A DNA stretch of 64,000 nt from Utricularia gibba (lineage: Eukaryota > Plantae > Magnoliophyta), in NCBI GenBank assembly GCA_002189035.1, contig NEEC01000025.1:248001-312000 (forward strand), read 5' to 3'. The translations under genes and the position numbers were made by a program. Each line of letters begins with the position of its first letter. Position 1 is the first letter of the stretch. The notes below the pieces were generated by a model that was given only the letters and a program-made list of their open reading frames with translations, was not told where the DNA came from and made no database searches. Shown here piece by piece: positions 10,901 through 24,093 of this stretch.

Positions 10901-12874
10901 GCAGACAGCCTTATAGTACCTTGCTAAAGGGATTACAAATTCAGACGGACTCGCCCTGCATTCAAAAAAAAAAAGGCTGAATCAGAAACAACAAACCAGA
11001 TCTAGATGCAGGAAAATCTTGATGAAGAAAGAAACCAAGCATTCATTTTCTGCACACAACCTTGGATTGTAAAACACGGTGAAAGGACTATTGTTTGAAG
11101 CAGCATGAGCTGCTGCTGCAAGAATACCAATGTGCATGCTATCACTAGAGAGCACGGAGGATGACAAGTTATTCGGCTGTCGGTTAGCACGCCTTATGCC
11201 AAGGAGAAGTTGCTGTTTTTCATCCCTGATGAAGAAAACAGAGTCACCAGCTATCAGCCTCTTTCCACTCACAAACAGACTCCATCCAGTCGTTAGCAAG
11301 TGACGCTTCGGTTGCCCTGAAAACAAAAAACCACATTTTTATTATACATTTCAACCTGAAGCAAAAAAATTTCATCTTACCCCGGTAAATGTGGCGAAAC
11401 GTCCAGACATTATCATGCAAATCTTTGGCAACTAACTCCTGTGCAGGAGGTTGCATTGTGAAGTCCTAGATTGAACATTAACGCGTTAGCTTCGACAGAA
11501 GTTTCGTACATATCGAAAAACCGGACAATGGATTGTATGAATTACCAGCGGAGGGAATATCTTCTCAGCAGCACGACGGGGTACAGAAAAACCACCATGC
11601 GTGCTGGTATCACTTGCTGTCAAGGTTTTGCAGAAAAACTCCATCTGCGGCTTATTTGATCTCATAGACAGATCTGATCTCAACAGAGCATCCTTGTCAA
11701 ACTGCACGAAGGATGCAAACAACACGAAGCACATAAGCACAGTTCGCTCATACATCACAGAAAAAAGAACTATAAAGCTCACCGAGGGTACTGGCTGCAA
11801 AGTCATCTGAGCATAAACTTCATCTGTTTCGGGGTCAGACTAAAAGGATCACCAAGGAAACAGCAACTATGAGTCAAGGAAGAAGTTGAAACACAAAACT
11901 CATCATCTCAAGAAGAAACCATGAAAGCGTACATGAAGTGTGATAGTGTGAAGAATGCACAGAAGCTTTGAAGGAAGATTGGGATAATTTGGTATTTGTC
12001 CATCCACATCCTTTTCCATCGAAGCAGCAACCTGAGGATGAGCAGGAGAAACACAAGATAATCATTCACTGTATCAGCAACGAACAAAGCGAGTCCCACA
12101 TCGGGGCATTATGCCTATTCAACACAAGCTTGTCTTCCGGAGAAGATGACGCCCAATGGCAGCAAACCCCAATAGAGCGCAATATTAAAATTAAAATCAA
12201 AATCGCATAAAGCTGAGGTTGGTAATGGTCCCGAACCCTGGAACGCTAGTAATGAAGAAAGGGCGACAGTTATCACACTTGGCGCACGTTAGCACGGCGG
12301 CGCTTATAGTCTTCTCCGCCACCACCCCACCCATTTTTAAAACCCAAAAGTTAGACCCCTTGCCGCCGCCGGCGCTCGTTAGCATGGCGGTGCTTGTTTT
12401 ATTCACTCTTCGTAACTGGAAATTCAACGGGGCGATATGATCCATGGGGCGAATGAATCAGTTACGGAATCGCGGAGCCATGAACAGCGCAAGTTAGCGC
12501 GGACGCCTCTACCGCAGATACAAATTTAATACGGGGTTCCCTGCATGTGATCGAACTTGCATCAAGTCGGCCACTGAGGGATAGGGATGGATGGCTCTCA
12601 ACCCCCACGCGACACCCATTGGCGCATTTTAACAACCCCTCCCCCACCGTTTGTTCTCCGTTCTCGGTTGCCAAAGAAGACAAAAAAGTATCCGCAATAT
12701 GACAGAAAAAAGGGGGGCTTTTAACGGCGGAATCATCACCTGTTCGCTGTGCCCTTGAGGAAAATACACGACGTGTGTACCCGCCGCCGGAAGATTTACC
12801 AGAGGCCCGGCGCACGCCTGCCAGAGCTCGCGGTTGATACTCTTCTTCGGGTCCCCTGCCATTTCCAGAGGCAT
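7927..12874 (-). CDS. ARF19: auxin response factor, ARF7/ARF19-type activator (multi-exon)
   Basis: B3/ARF DNA-binding domain ([41 protein letters not shown]), long Q-rich middle exon (8401-10170) and PB1 domain ([33 protein letters not shown]). The start is at 12874 or 12862. Confidence 0.92.
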
Positions 12875-14457
12875 AAAAATCGAAACCCAAAACTGTTCGA
12901 AAGACGAAAACTGGAAAGAGTATCATTTTCTGAGCTGAATGGAATCGGCTGCATGCAGGAGTAACTTTTACGGACCTTCAGCGGCAGAGGCGTTCTCCGG
13001 TGGTGTAGAAGCAGCAGCAGCGATGCCGCCGCCGCCATTTGCAGGCACCTTCATTATCTCTTACAAACTCAAAATCCCAGCTTTCCTCAGAGGAACCCCA
13101 TGCCGACAGGTCAAAATCGAAGAAATCAGGACACCAAATCTCAGAAACCCCAAATCAGATCGAAGCACCACCACCACCACCACCCAGAAGCTGTTCCAAC
13201 TCCCCCAAAAAACACAGAGCAAAAAGCACCCTCCTTCCACCAACGGACCACGAGGGAAACCGGCAACAACTAAGATGAAGCCATTTTCTCCGGTGGGTGC
13301 ACAAGGAAAGAGGCTGTGCTCGGAAAAGCAGCACAAAGATGCTGAAAATGCAGAGACCAAACTGATGCAGCTTTGGCCTTGATTGCCCCTTTTCCGCGCT
13401 ACAATTCGAAGAGACAACACCACAAAAGCAACACAAACTTCTCTCTCTATCTATGCATCTATCCCCATGAGACCGTATGCGTATGGAAGTGCATCCATAA
13501 ATTCCTGCTAATTCCCTTCTCTTTCGCAGCTGTATCTTCTTTCCTTGTTATAAAAAAAAGACCTTTTCTCAGAGCTATTAATCCCCCTCCCGCAGTCACT
13601 TTCCCTTCTCCCTCGATCCTCTCCCCTCCCCAAAACTCCATTTAAATAAAAAAATCCATAAACTGTACTTACTCCTCCACCTTCACCAAAACACACACAC
13701 ACCCAAAACAGTTAATCCGAAATTAATTAGAGCCCTATGACTGTAATTAACGCTTAATCACTCTGGGTAACCACTGGCCATGCCCATGGCATCATACATG
13801 TCATGTGGTAATACATTATGTGCCACCGACATACATTCAACATCCCTAAGTCCATCATCTATGCAATAGCACTGTTTTATACTCCCATCACCACAGTAGC
13901 TCGCAGTAAATAACCTTCATTTACCTTTTTTACCGCCTCCTCTTTACTTTATTGCCCTCCAACTACTAGCCAAATAAAATTTACATTAATGTGTAATGAC
14001 ATTTTTACCCCTTATCCATAGTTAATTAAAAAAACACATATTAAAAAGTTGTTTTAATGCCTATTTGGAATTCCTTTTTCCTTTAGAAAAATGATTTCCA
14101 CATAATGTTTTTTTATCTAATAAATTGAAAAAATATAATTTTCTTGGAAATGATTAGGAGTAAAAAAAAAGAGACATAAATCTCTCTCCTCCTCGTCATA
14201 TGTCGTAGGTGGTTGCCTTGTTAGAAGCAGTTCAATGTGAAATGACGACATTAGCCTTTCCCCTTTTACACACGTTTCCGCCGTTTGAAACAAAAAAAAA
14301 TAAAAGAAAAAAAAACAGCATATTTAGTAATGCAATGCAGCCTTATGATGATGGGCTGGGGAGGCGGGGGGAGGGGGGACCACAGACCAAAATCGTGATT
14401 CATTATTTTCCTTTTTTTTTATTGCATGTAAAATAATGGAAAATAAAAAGTCACACA

Positions 14458-14478
14458 AATAATAATAATAATAATAAT
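14458..14478. repeat. (AAT)7 microsatellite
   Basis: Read directly from the sequence. Confidence 0.85.
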
Positions 14479-15448
14479 ATTCTTGTGGGGCCCATCCATG
14501 TGTTGACACATCCACTGGACGGCATATTTAGAATTCCAGTGGTTGGAAATGGACCACGTCATTAAATAGGGTTCACGGCTGGTCAAATTAATTTCCTCGA
14601 TGCAGTTGCTTGCGTATCAATTTTCAAGGCATCTTTTGCCACAAGTCTCCCCACTTGGTCTCATTTCAATCCCAAACTTACATATGACTCCCATGAGCAT
14701 CACCAAGATGAGAACACAACACTTTCCATATCCAAGGATTCTATCTTCGAATCGTCGAAAAATCATATAGAACTCGCTCGATATAATGTTTGAGCTTACT
14801 ATACGAGATTAATTTACATGAAAATAAAGAGTTATTCATTTACTATAAGGTGTTATTTTAAGTAAAAAGCATTAATTATCATGTGTTTATAATAAACATT
14901 GGTGATTAATAATATATTAATAATGACCATATAACATATGAGTTTGTATTTCATCAATATATCCACCAACACATGCCATGCCATGATTTCATCAACTCTA
15001 ACTAGAGTGTGAATCATCAAGATACATGGCATGGTTCATTGATTAGAAGAGGATTATGTAACATAACTATGATTAGTGAGGTTTTTTGGAAGGGTATTTA
15101 ATGGAAAAATGATATCATTATCTGGTCCAATTGGGAGCCTTAAATTCCAGAAAAAGGCCCTTTCATGTAACAGTTTGTTACCCACATTCTTCAAAAACCT
15201 AAGCACCTTTGAATACATGATCATTTAGAAAAGTAATTAATGTTACATTCTATCTTATAAAGTTAATAAAAAAATATACATTTTTTTACATAATGTATAA
15301 TACATGACCAAATTTCTAATTCAATCTTAATTCATAAGGAAGTTTAATTCCATTCTCCCTGCCCCATTCTTTTTTTTTTGCAATTAATACAGTTATATAT
15401 ATATAATAATAATATAGTATATGAATACATTTTAAAAACTTTTTTTCA

Positions 15449-15470
15449 ATATATATATATATATATATAT
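15449..15470. repeat. (AT)11 microsatellite
   Basis: Read directly from the sequence. Confidence 0.85.
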
Positions 15471-17087
15471 TTGTTTTCCAATAATAGGGCGGCTAGAGGA
15501 TGGTAACCTCTGGGCTATAAAATAATATTATAAAAACCATAAATTATTTTCTGGGTAAAAATAAATAAAAGCAAATTGAATTGTACCATGGGATTGGATC
15601 TTGGAAGTACACGCCACAAAGCCAGTGGGGCCGACCGACTTGGTTGTCTCTTTTGCAAGTGGGCCCCAGAGGAGAATAATAATATTAATCTTTTTATTGA
15701 ATATTAACAATTAACGAAAATGAGTATAAATGCAACATTTATAGTCAGAAAAGGAAGTTAGAAAGAAGTTTGACTATTCCACCGTACAAAACAAAAGAGT
15801 ATAATGCATTTAAAACCCTTTTTATTCCAATATTCCAAAATAAATAAAATTTAATTAAAAAATTTTAATACATAAATAAAAAAACATTTTTCAAATCACA
15901 TAAAGAAATATATTATATTTTAGTAATACTGATAATAATACTAATATTTCTTTTATGTTTTTATGTCGGCATTTTAGACATCTAAATAAATAAATAAAGG
16001 ATATGCATATGAATTTATTTAATATAATTGCCACGTCATAAAATCTTGACCTCTTGGACGGAGATTGATTGACGTTGAGCCTAACTCATTATCTGCCGAG
16101 TTGGTTAAGGAAATGATTACGTCAAAAAATATGATTATTTTTTTTATTATACGGGATAAAAAAATAGAAATTAAAGATTCCTATATATAGAATGGGATCA
16201 GGAAATTTTTGAAAACATTGCTATAAATGTCTCATGATGATTGCCCATTGGAAAAAAAAAGGATTTTTCTTCATTAAAAATATTTTTTTCTGATAAATAT
16301 CAGAAATTCGGACATATCTGTTATCCCGTTGCAATCTCAGCAATCATGTGGGATGGGGCCCACGTGAGGGTTGCCGACGTTCCAAATTTTTTTATTATTT
16401 CTTTAAAAATCGGTGATTATATTATTAAATAGACCGAAATGCATTTTTTTTATTCCTGAATTTGATATTTTTAATAAAAAAGTAACCGAAAGGCGCCTCA
16501 TGTTTTATAATATTATTTGGGTGAGCTGGGGAAATGGGTCTTGGTTTGGGCCTGGGCTGCAGGATTTTTATCGTCAGAATATTTGGTTGGGGAGCCCGGC
16601 CCATTTAAGACCGTCAACGTCGCTTCAGAAAGCGTCAACTCTAATCGGCAACCGCTGCGCGAGGACGCAGGGGGAGTATTGTTGGATTCTCGTGTCGTTT
16701 TGGGTAAAAATTTGCGCTTTTTGATTTATGTCACAGATCGCTGACCAGGGAATTGCAGGATTCTATCCTGAAGTTATCTTAGTTGGGAAAAGGTGTAATC
16801 TTTGTTGAGAAATTTATCCTTTAAATTAAGTTTGAGCAGTGGCTATTGCGCAGACTCAAGATTCCTGCGCCGGGAGGTGATAAAGATTGAGGTAGGAGTT
16901 CCTTTTTTTGTCGCCGTACAGCTTGGGTTTTTACGATGGCTGTTATCTTTATCTGATGCACTGGATAATACGCTTTTACCTGTTTTTGAGTAACCCTGCT
17001 TGTATAGCCGAATAACAACTATTGGGTTGCAGCTATTTTTTTCTGGGCGATTTTGGTCTGAGGGAGTAGAGAAATAGGTTCTGCTTC

Positions 17088-19110
17088 ATGGATTCTGACG
17101 AGTTTGCTCCTATTCAGGTAACCTTGCATTTTTTGTGTTTATTTTGTTTGTTCCTTGAATTTTAAGACGTCATGAATACATACTTGTTTGCAGGAAGTTC
17201 TTCTGGAGTTCCGTGCAGGAGAATGCTGATGGACGGAACTCGTGTAATCCCAGATTCTCGTAAAGGTCTTGTTCGTGTTGGGAGGGTACGAGCAGCGCCA
17301 TATTATTAGTTTCTTCATATTCTTCTCTCGCGTAGTTTCTCTGCAGTGCCAGTCTTTTTCTAGCTTTCTCCAAGTCCTTTGGCCTAAGGGTTTGTGTTTC
17401 ATAGGGATTGCACGGGCTTGTACATTTCCAGTGGCTCGACAGATCCTCTAATGCCATTGAAGAAGTATCCCGGTTTTATGCTCTGTAGGATAGTTTTTTA
17501 AGTAATCTGTATATGTTTTTTTCGTTTTTTCCCATATTGGCGGTTATGACTTAATCCACAAAACATAGGATCAGATCGTATTCCCAGACGAAGCTACGTT
17601 TGAAAAGGTTCATATTATACATTTGAATAGAAGGGTGCATGTCTTATCCTTTTTTTGCATTCTGTAAAGTTATTCCTTTCGCTTATGTGGCTGCAGGTTA
17701 ATCAGTCCTCAGGAAGGGTGTATATCCTCAAGTTTCTTACAGATGACAGAAAGTTCTTTTTCTGGATGCAGGTTACTTTTGATTGTGCTCGCTTGTGTAT
17801 GTAGTATACTTATGTAATTCATTTATCTTCTGCCTGTATTTATTTCAGGAGCCTAATGCTGACAAAGACACACAATTGTGCAACTCTGTTAATTACTTCT
17901 TGAACCTACCCCTAGGTATGGGAACAGAGGTTCTCTAAACTGTGAAATCTTCTCAGTCCCATCTTTCTTGTAAATTTTGGTCTTTTATACGCTTTTTTCT
18001 GCTTTTTTTTTTCAGAAGTTTTAGAAGATCTATCTGGTGAACAAGATCCTGATATTTCAATCCCTGATGTAGCCGACGATGATATTTCGTCAAGGTGAAG
18101 AATTTTGTTCAAAAAATCATTCATTGATGAAATTAAGACCTGTGCAAACTGTGGCTTCCGTGGGAAATGTGAAAAAACATCTGGTTTTTTTTCTACTACT
18201 GCAGAGCTGGGAACATGGTTGGTCCAAGTACGGGTTCTGAAGCAATGGGAGATGTTACGTCCTCCGGCCCGGTGAAGCTGGCGGATCTTCAAAGAATATT
18301 GAGCAACATAGTGCCTCCAGGTATGCTTCCTTGTTTATATCAACAACACAGTCTTTTCTTTTTTGTTTCTTCTCAATCACATTTGATGCCTGAACTTTCT
18401 CTGCCTTGTAGCTGAAGACCCGGACGCAGGTAGACCAAGTGCTGGTGTTGCTGGTGTGCATAATTTTTTTGGCTCATGGGGTACCAAGCTGATCATTTCT
18501 CTTGGATTCAGGCATAGGATTAGGGGACATATTGAGGCCAGAGCTTTTAGGGCCAGTCATCCAAGAACTACCTTTTCATCAAGAGTTAGCACCATACTTG
18601 CCTCAGGTGACACACTCGGCATCCATAGTTGCATTAGATCCTTGAAATCTGCATCATTTGGAATTACCATCTCCCCAAATTCTTCAGGGCACACAGACTC
18701 CGGAGGACCTGGTAGAGTTGATACAATGCCCACCCTTTCGCCAACAGTTAGATTCATTTACTCATGTGAGTATTCCCCTCACCATATGCTTTCTTTTCTG
18801 AGAGGATGATTGAATCATTTGACATGGAATGTTTTTAATGATAGTTGCTGCGATCTGGGGAACTGGATTTGAGGAACTTCGGTATAGATCCAGAGAAATG
18901 TAGGCGCAAATGAAACTAGAGCTCCAAGCTGTGTGTTTTCCTGTCTGTTTGACTACCTTTTGTGGTGTTCATGCAGTCAAGTTCACTGTTCCATCATTTC
19001 TTGAGGCCCTTGAAGATTCCGTTTCATCGCAATCTGGAGAGGCGTCCGCAAATGATGCAAGCTCGCCAGCCTTCCAACGGGGAGGGGATGGAATGGACGA
19101 AGGTCAGTGA
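17088..19110 (+). CDS. RPN13: 26S proteasome ubiquitin receptor RPN13 (many short exons), apparent -1 frameshift near 17218-17220
   Basis: Pru domain motifs [52 protein letters not shown]; C-terminal [10 protein letters not shown]. Confidence 0.9.
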
Positions 19111-19346
19111 GGCTGCACCTTTTTCACAGGTCTTGGTTCAAGAGCTGCTGTGATCATATCTCTGTGATTTGGTCATTTTGCTTCGGTACCATGGCACCTA
19201 ATAGTTTCATTTAGACAGTTGCCTGAAAGTATCACCTGCTGTTGTTTTAATCAAATGTCTAGTTTCATTGTTCAGTATCATCCTTCCAAAACAAAGCTTC
19301 TTCTCCGGGTCTTATAAAGCATCTGCGTGACAAACTTTGCATAGAA

Positions 19347-21002
19347 CTATCCCTGAAGAATTTTTTTTGCAAAACCTTGTAGAAAGACTCCCATCCCAGC
19401 TTCAACCGTTTCTGCAAAATGTTTAGCCTGCAACATTGAATAACATAAGCTGGTTCAGTATGAAGCATCCACATGCCAGGTTTAGTGCAAGATGGATCAT
19501 ATGTAGAGCATCCATAGGTACGTCAGAAAGCCGAACAGATGGGTGAAAATCACAGATGCAATGTGGATGAAGGGAATGAATAAAAGAGACAAAAATACCT
19601 CTTGAACTGTATTTTTGAAATCAAACGCATCTCTAATGCGGTCACCCAGGAATGTCCATGTGTCCTGGAAATCTATGGAAAATGGCATGACGATAGACAT
19701 TAAGCAGTGTCTTCAAGTTTATGCCTTTGCATTAAATAGTCTGGGGACCCATAGAGATACACCCATGTAATTGAGTAGAAAATTTATATATAACTAACCT
19801 GGAGAGGTATCAGTTAGCATGTAAATTTCAGCAGCAGAGTATATCCCCCCTAAGAGTGTGTGGTTCAGGTGCCAGTTGGGGCTGCTTTGTGTGGCATTGC
19901 AAGCACTCATTATCTCATTAACAAGCATGGTTCTCTGTTTTATGCTTGTAGAAATGTTCAAGGGTTGCACCTACGGTTCCATGGACAGAATTTCTTTTAA
20001 AATGAAGAAAAGTGTCCTATATAGACCTGCTTCAGCCCTGATGAAATGGTACCTGAATGCTAAGAGCCTGAGGCCACTTTGAGATGTAGGGTGCTTGCAT
20101 CTCTAAGCGAATCTTGACAAGTTCTTTTGCACGCTCACTAGGAATCAAGCCCTCCAAATCCTCTCTCGTGTCAAGGATGTCAATCAGTTTTTGGAGACAA
20201 TCATCCATGAAAAACTGAGCCCAGTAAAATAAGGGAATCAAAGGAAAATCATACAGAGGATGTGCATCCTAATGCTTGAATCAAAGAACAAGATCAAGCT
20301 GTGTGAAACATGATTAAGTTTCCAACCAACAGATTAGCATCCCTGTAGCTGTTGCCATTACGTGCCAGCAACCCAAAACAATTTGAAACACAATATCGGT
20401 ACTCGAACCTTGAAAATCCCATGCTCGATTCTGAGATAAATTTAAAGTAGAACAGGCAACAGAGAGAAAAAAAAGTATACCTCCACCAGTGCTGCTTCTT
20501 TTCGTGGAAATGATCCAACAATTGAGGGAGAGATACCAAGCTCCCTAGCACCTCTGACCAATGCTGCATCACTCCATCCTGATCCAATCTGCTCAATATC
20601 ACCATCAAAACAACGCCATCAGACACTCATAGCAACTGAAGGTATGAACCTAATAAACTACACAGCATACCCGCAGAGTCAAACAAGAGCAATGCCCCAA
20701 ACTGAATGAAACAAAATCGAGGAAAGGAAACAAACCACATGCGGGAGCGATGCACGGAGGACACGAGCCTGTTCTTCAGGCCAATCGGCAGAGTTGGGCT
20801 TCTTCCGCGCCTCATTTGATGTCGCAGAGCTGTCGAAATTGCTGTCATCTCGACTGGGAATCTCCCCCGACCCAGCGACCGATGAGAACAGCGCCGGAAT
20901 CGTGGTGCGGCACGGACGGAAGAAAGTAGTATTAACGCCTTGAGAGTATCCACTGCGCTGGAGAATCGGCAGCAGGAACCGCCGCGCCGATAATCGTAAC
21001 AT
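19347..21002 (-). CDS. COQ9: mitochondrial ubiquinone biosynthesis protein COQ9
   Basis: Arg-rich presequence MLRLSARRFLL..., then GWSDAAL..GARELGISPSIVGSFPRKEAALVEFFMDDCL, KWPQALSIQ, LGGIYSAAEIYMLTD, DFQDTWTFL..RIRDAFD. Confidence 0.9.
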
Positions 21003-21424
21003 TCTGCAAAATAACACCTCTGCCTGCAAAAATCTTCCCACTTTGTAGTGCGATTGGTGCGCGGGCCGATCGCAACGCGGAGCAACAATCTGTCGCCACG
21101 TACCGGCGGCGGAAGCCTCAAAACTCCAGTGCAACTTTTTTTTGCGCCATTTAACTGAAAAATCAATTAATGTAAAAAATCGCCATTAAAAAACCCAAAG
21201 GGAGAGAGAGAAAGAGAGGCCGATCTTCCCCTTGCAATATACGCCAGCATCGCCCTCACTCTAAGAAATCTCACTCGATTTCGAGGTTGATCGCCGAACT
21301 TCCATCTCCATTTCTCAACTACCATCGTTCTTCTTAATTCATCGGATTTACGATCTCATGCAAATAATACCCCTCTTGGTACCACCATTTCCAAGCGCGG
21401 ATCTTTCCTGAAATCGGGAATTAG

Positions 21425-23871
21425 ATGCTGGAAACGGCGCCGTCGTCGACTAATGGGCTCTATCTCGGTCGTTGGATCCAGTCTATGGCCAAGCTCGTGT
21501 TTGCCCATAAGATCTTCTTGGTCTCTTTCTTGGTAGTCTCCTCCTTCACTTTGTTTCAGTGGAAGAGGGATGCTGCAAGTGGGCTCTTGATTCTCCAACG
21601 TCAATTGCCGAAACCAGTGGAATTCCCAAAGCTCCGGCCGGTTGTGTTTAACCTGACGGAATTCGGGGGCATTGGGGACGGGGTGAGTCTTAATACGGCG
21701 GCGTTTGAGAATGCGATCCGTGCTATTTCGAAACTTGGGAAACAGGGCGGCGGCCAGCTGAATGTTCCGCCTGGAAACTGGCTCACTGCGCCGTTCAATC
21801 TCACCAGTCATATGACGTTGTTTCTAGCCGAGGGGGCCGCTATTCTTGGAATTGATGTGAGTATTTCTATTTTTGATCTCTTCATTGTAAAGATTGAGAC
21901 TTTCTCCATTTATATCGTATGGTTCGGGCATTCCATTCTATCAGTCAGTAAGTTTGAGTGCCTTTTGTTCCTTAAATAAAATCTGCATTCCTCTTCAGAA
22001 GGTGTTTTGTACTTCCGGTTTGCTTTTCAAGATTAAGAGTTGGAAGAAAGAGAGAATCTTTGTTGATATAGGTAACACCGTTAAGTGTAGGAGAAAATCT
22101 TGACTAGACTGAATTTAAGAATGGGTAGAACTAAAGCCAGCCACCCCCAAACCTAACAAAAAAAGTAAGGGTTTTCCCAACTTTCTGTTAATCTGAATTC
22201 AGCTGCTGGAGTTAGTTTGATCCTTGAACGGCTTATCTGCAGATGTTGAAGCAGTATATTCTTTTCTGTTCGGCACATTATATAGTGCTATATTTCACTA
22301 GTGCATTCAGAGCTTGAATTTCATCTATAGTTTTCATGGTCGCAACTGCTCTTTTTTTGTATCTGGCTATAGAAACAAGCGTTGGAATCTTTATTTGAAA
22401 GTTGGTAACTTTTTTCATTTATTGTGGCCGAAGAACTACTTGGAGCTTTTTTGCTTTGAGTTTTGGGATAGACAAGCTGCTGGTAGTGAGATGGCATATG
22501 GAATAGCCAAATGCATACAAGCATCCATCCATTTGAGTAGGCTCAGTACATCTTATTCGTGTGCTACATTGTGTAGGATGAGAAGTACTGGCACCTCATG
22601 CCTCCATTGCCCTCGTATGGATACGGGAGGGAGCATCCAGGACCACGCTATGGAAGCTTAATCCACGGACAGAATCTGAAAGATGTTGTGATCACAGGTC
22701 CAGCTCTCTCTTGACTGCTCTTTCTCTGTTCTGTTGACATAATGCAATGAATATGGTTTGATATGAATTCATTCTGTAGGGAACAATGGCACCATAAACG
22801 GTCAGGGACAAACTTGGTGGAAGAAATACCGCCGGAAGCTGCTTAACCATACCAGAGGGCCGCTTGTGCAGATTATGTGGTCAAGCGATATTGTGATATC
22901 GAATATAACCTTGCGTGATTCCCCCTTCTGGACCCTTCATCCTTATGATTGCAAGAACGTGACGCTGACAAATTTGACCATCCTGGCACCCCTCTTCGAA
23001 GCTCCAAACACTGATGGAATAGATCCTGGTAGGTGCTTTTTCATCATAACTGATGGAATTTTGTCACTGAGATGGAAAGGCTGATGAACATTGGATTCAC
23101 AGATTCATGTGAAGACATGGTGATTGAAAACTGCTACATAAGTGTGGGAGATGATGCTGTTGCCATTAAGAGTGGTTGGGATCAGTTTGGCATCTCCTAC
23201 AATCGCCCTTCTGTGAATATACTCATCAGAAACCTCGTTGTCCGTTCTATGGTGAGGTGAGAAACGTCTCCTGTCCATACGAGTGGCTGAAGTTTTTCTG
23301 TCATCATCTTTTTTACCACCTAACACATTGTGCACTGCATCACAGCGCCGGTGTATCCATCGGAAGTGAGATGTCGGGAGGCGTGTCGAATATCACCGTC
23401 GAGAACGTTCTCGTCTGGAGCTCCAGACGTGCCGTTCGGATAAAGACAGCGCCGGGGCGGGGCGGCTACGTCAGAAACATAAGATACAGAAATCTCACCT
23501 TCGAGAATGTCCGTGTGGGCATCGTGATCAAGACGGACTACAACGAGCATCCTGCCTCCGGATACGACCCCAACGCGCTCCCAGTCATCGAGGATATAAC
23601 CTACGAATCGGTGCACGGAGAAGGCGTCCGTGTCCCGGTCCGGATTCACGGCAGCGTAGAAGTTCCGGTTAGGAAGGTGCTGTTCAGGGACATGTCCGTG
23701 GGGATAACTTACAAGAAGAAGCATATTTTCCAGTGCAGCTTCGTTGAGGGCCGCGTCATGGGCTCGGTGTTTCCTGCCCCCTGTGAGAACCTTGATCTTT
23801 ACGACGAACAGGGGCGGCTGCTGCGGCGGTCCACCGCCCGGAATGCATCGGATATAGACTACGATTTCTAG
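21425..23871 (+). CDS. GH28 polygalacturonase-like protein with N-terminal membrane anchor
   Basis: Motifs PNTDG, GDD, GVSIGSEMSGG and RIKT, plus FNLTSHMTLFL and SPFWTLHP. Multi-exon GT-AG structure. Confidence 0.92.
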
Positions 23872-24087
23872 CTTCCCCTTTCCCTTCCCTCCCTTTTTTG
23901 TATTGTAGAATGAATCCTTCTCAATATAAAAAAGCTTCATAAAATGAATTCTCGGTGGCAGCCGGCGTGGGGCAGTTTCGTCCAATCGGCCCCGGTAGTC
24001 AAACAGGCGAAGTCCACTTCTCCGGCCCGCCGGCTTATTATTTCAGAGGGGGCACGTCGCCCTTCATGGATGAGCTTCGCCAATCAC

Positions 24088-24093
24088 CACGTG
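24088..24093. promoter_or_regulatory. G-box CACGTG upstream of JAZ
   Basis: A perfect G-box ~500 bp upstream of the JAZ ATG. JAZ genes are established MYC2/G-box targets. Confidence 0.4.

Noticed and set aside
12093-12103. Perfect USE GTCCCACATCG in an ARF intron
   Set aside because: No TATA at either the Pol II or Pol III distance and no snRNA sequence downstream.
14641-15220. CAAGTGGGGAGACTTGT (minus) resembling a copia PPT/LTR junction, with a nearby CCATGCCATG inverted repeat
   Set aside because: No second LTR, PBS or RNase H-like translation was found.
20627-21166. Long alternative ORFs in GC-rich first exons (e.g. 179 aa over COQ9, 154 aa over ARF, 203 aa antisense to ALP1-like)
   Set aside because: They are shadow ORFs of GC-rich coding DNA, often with non-ATG starts and no recognisable domain.
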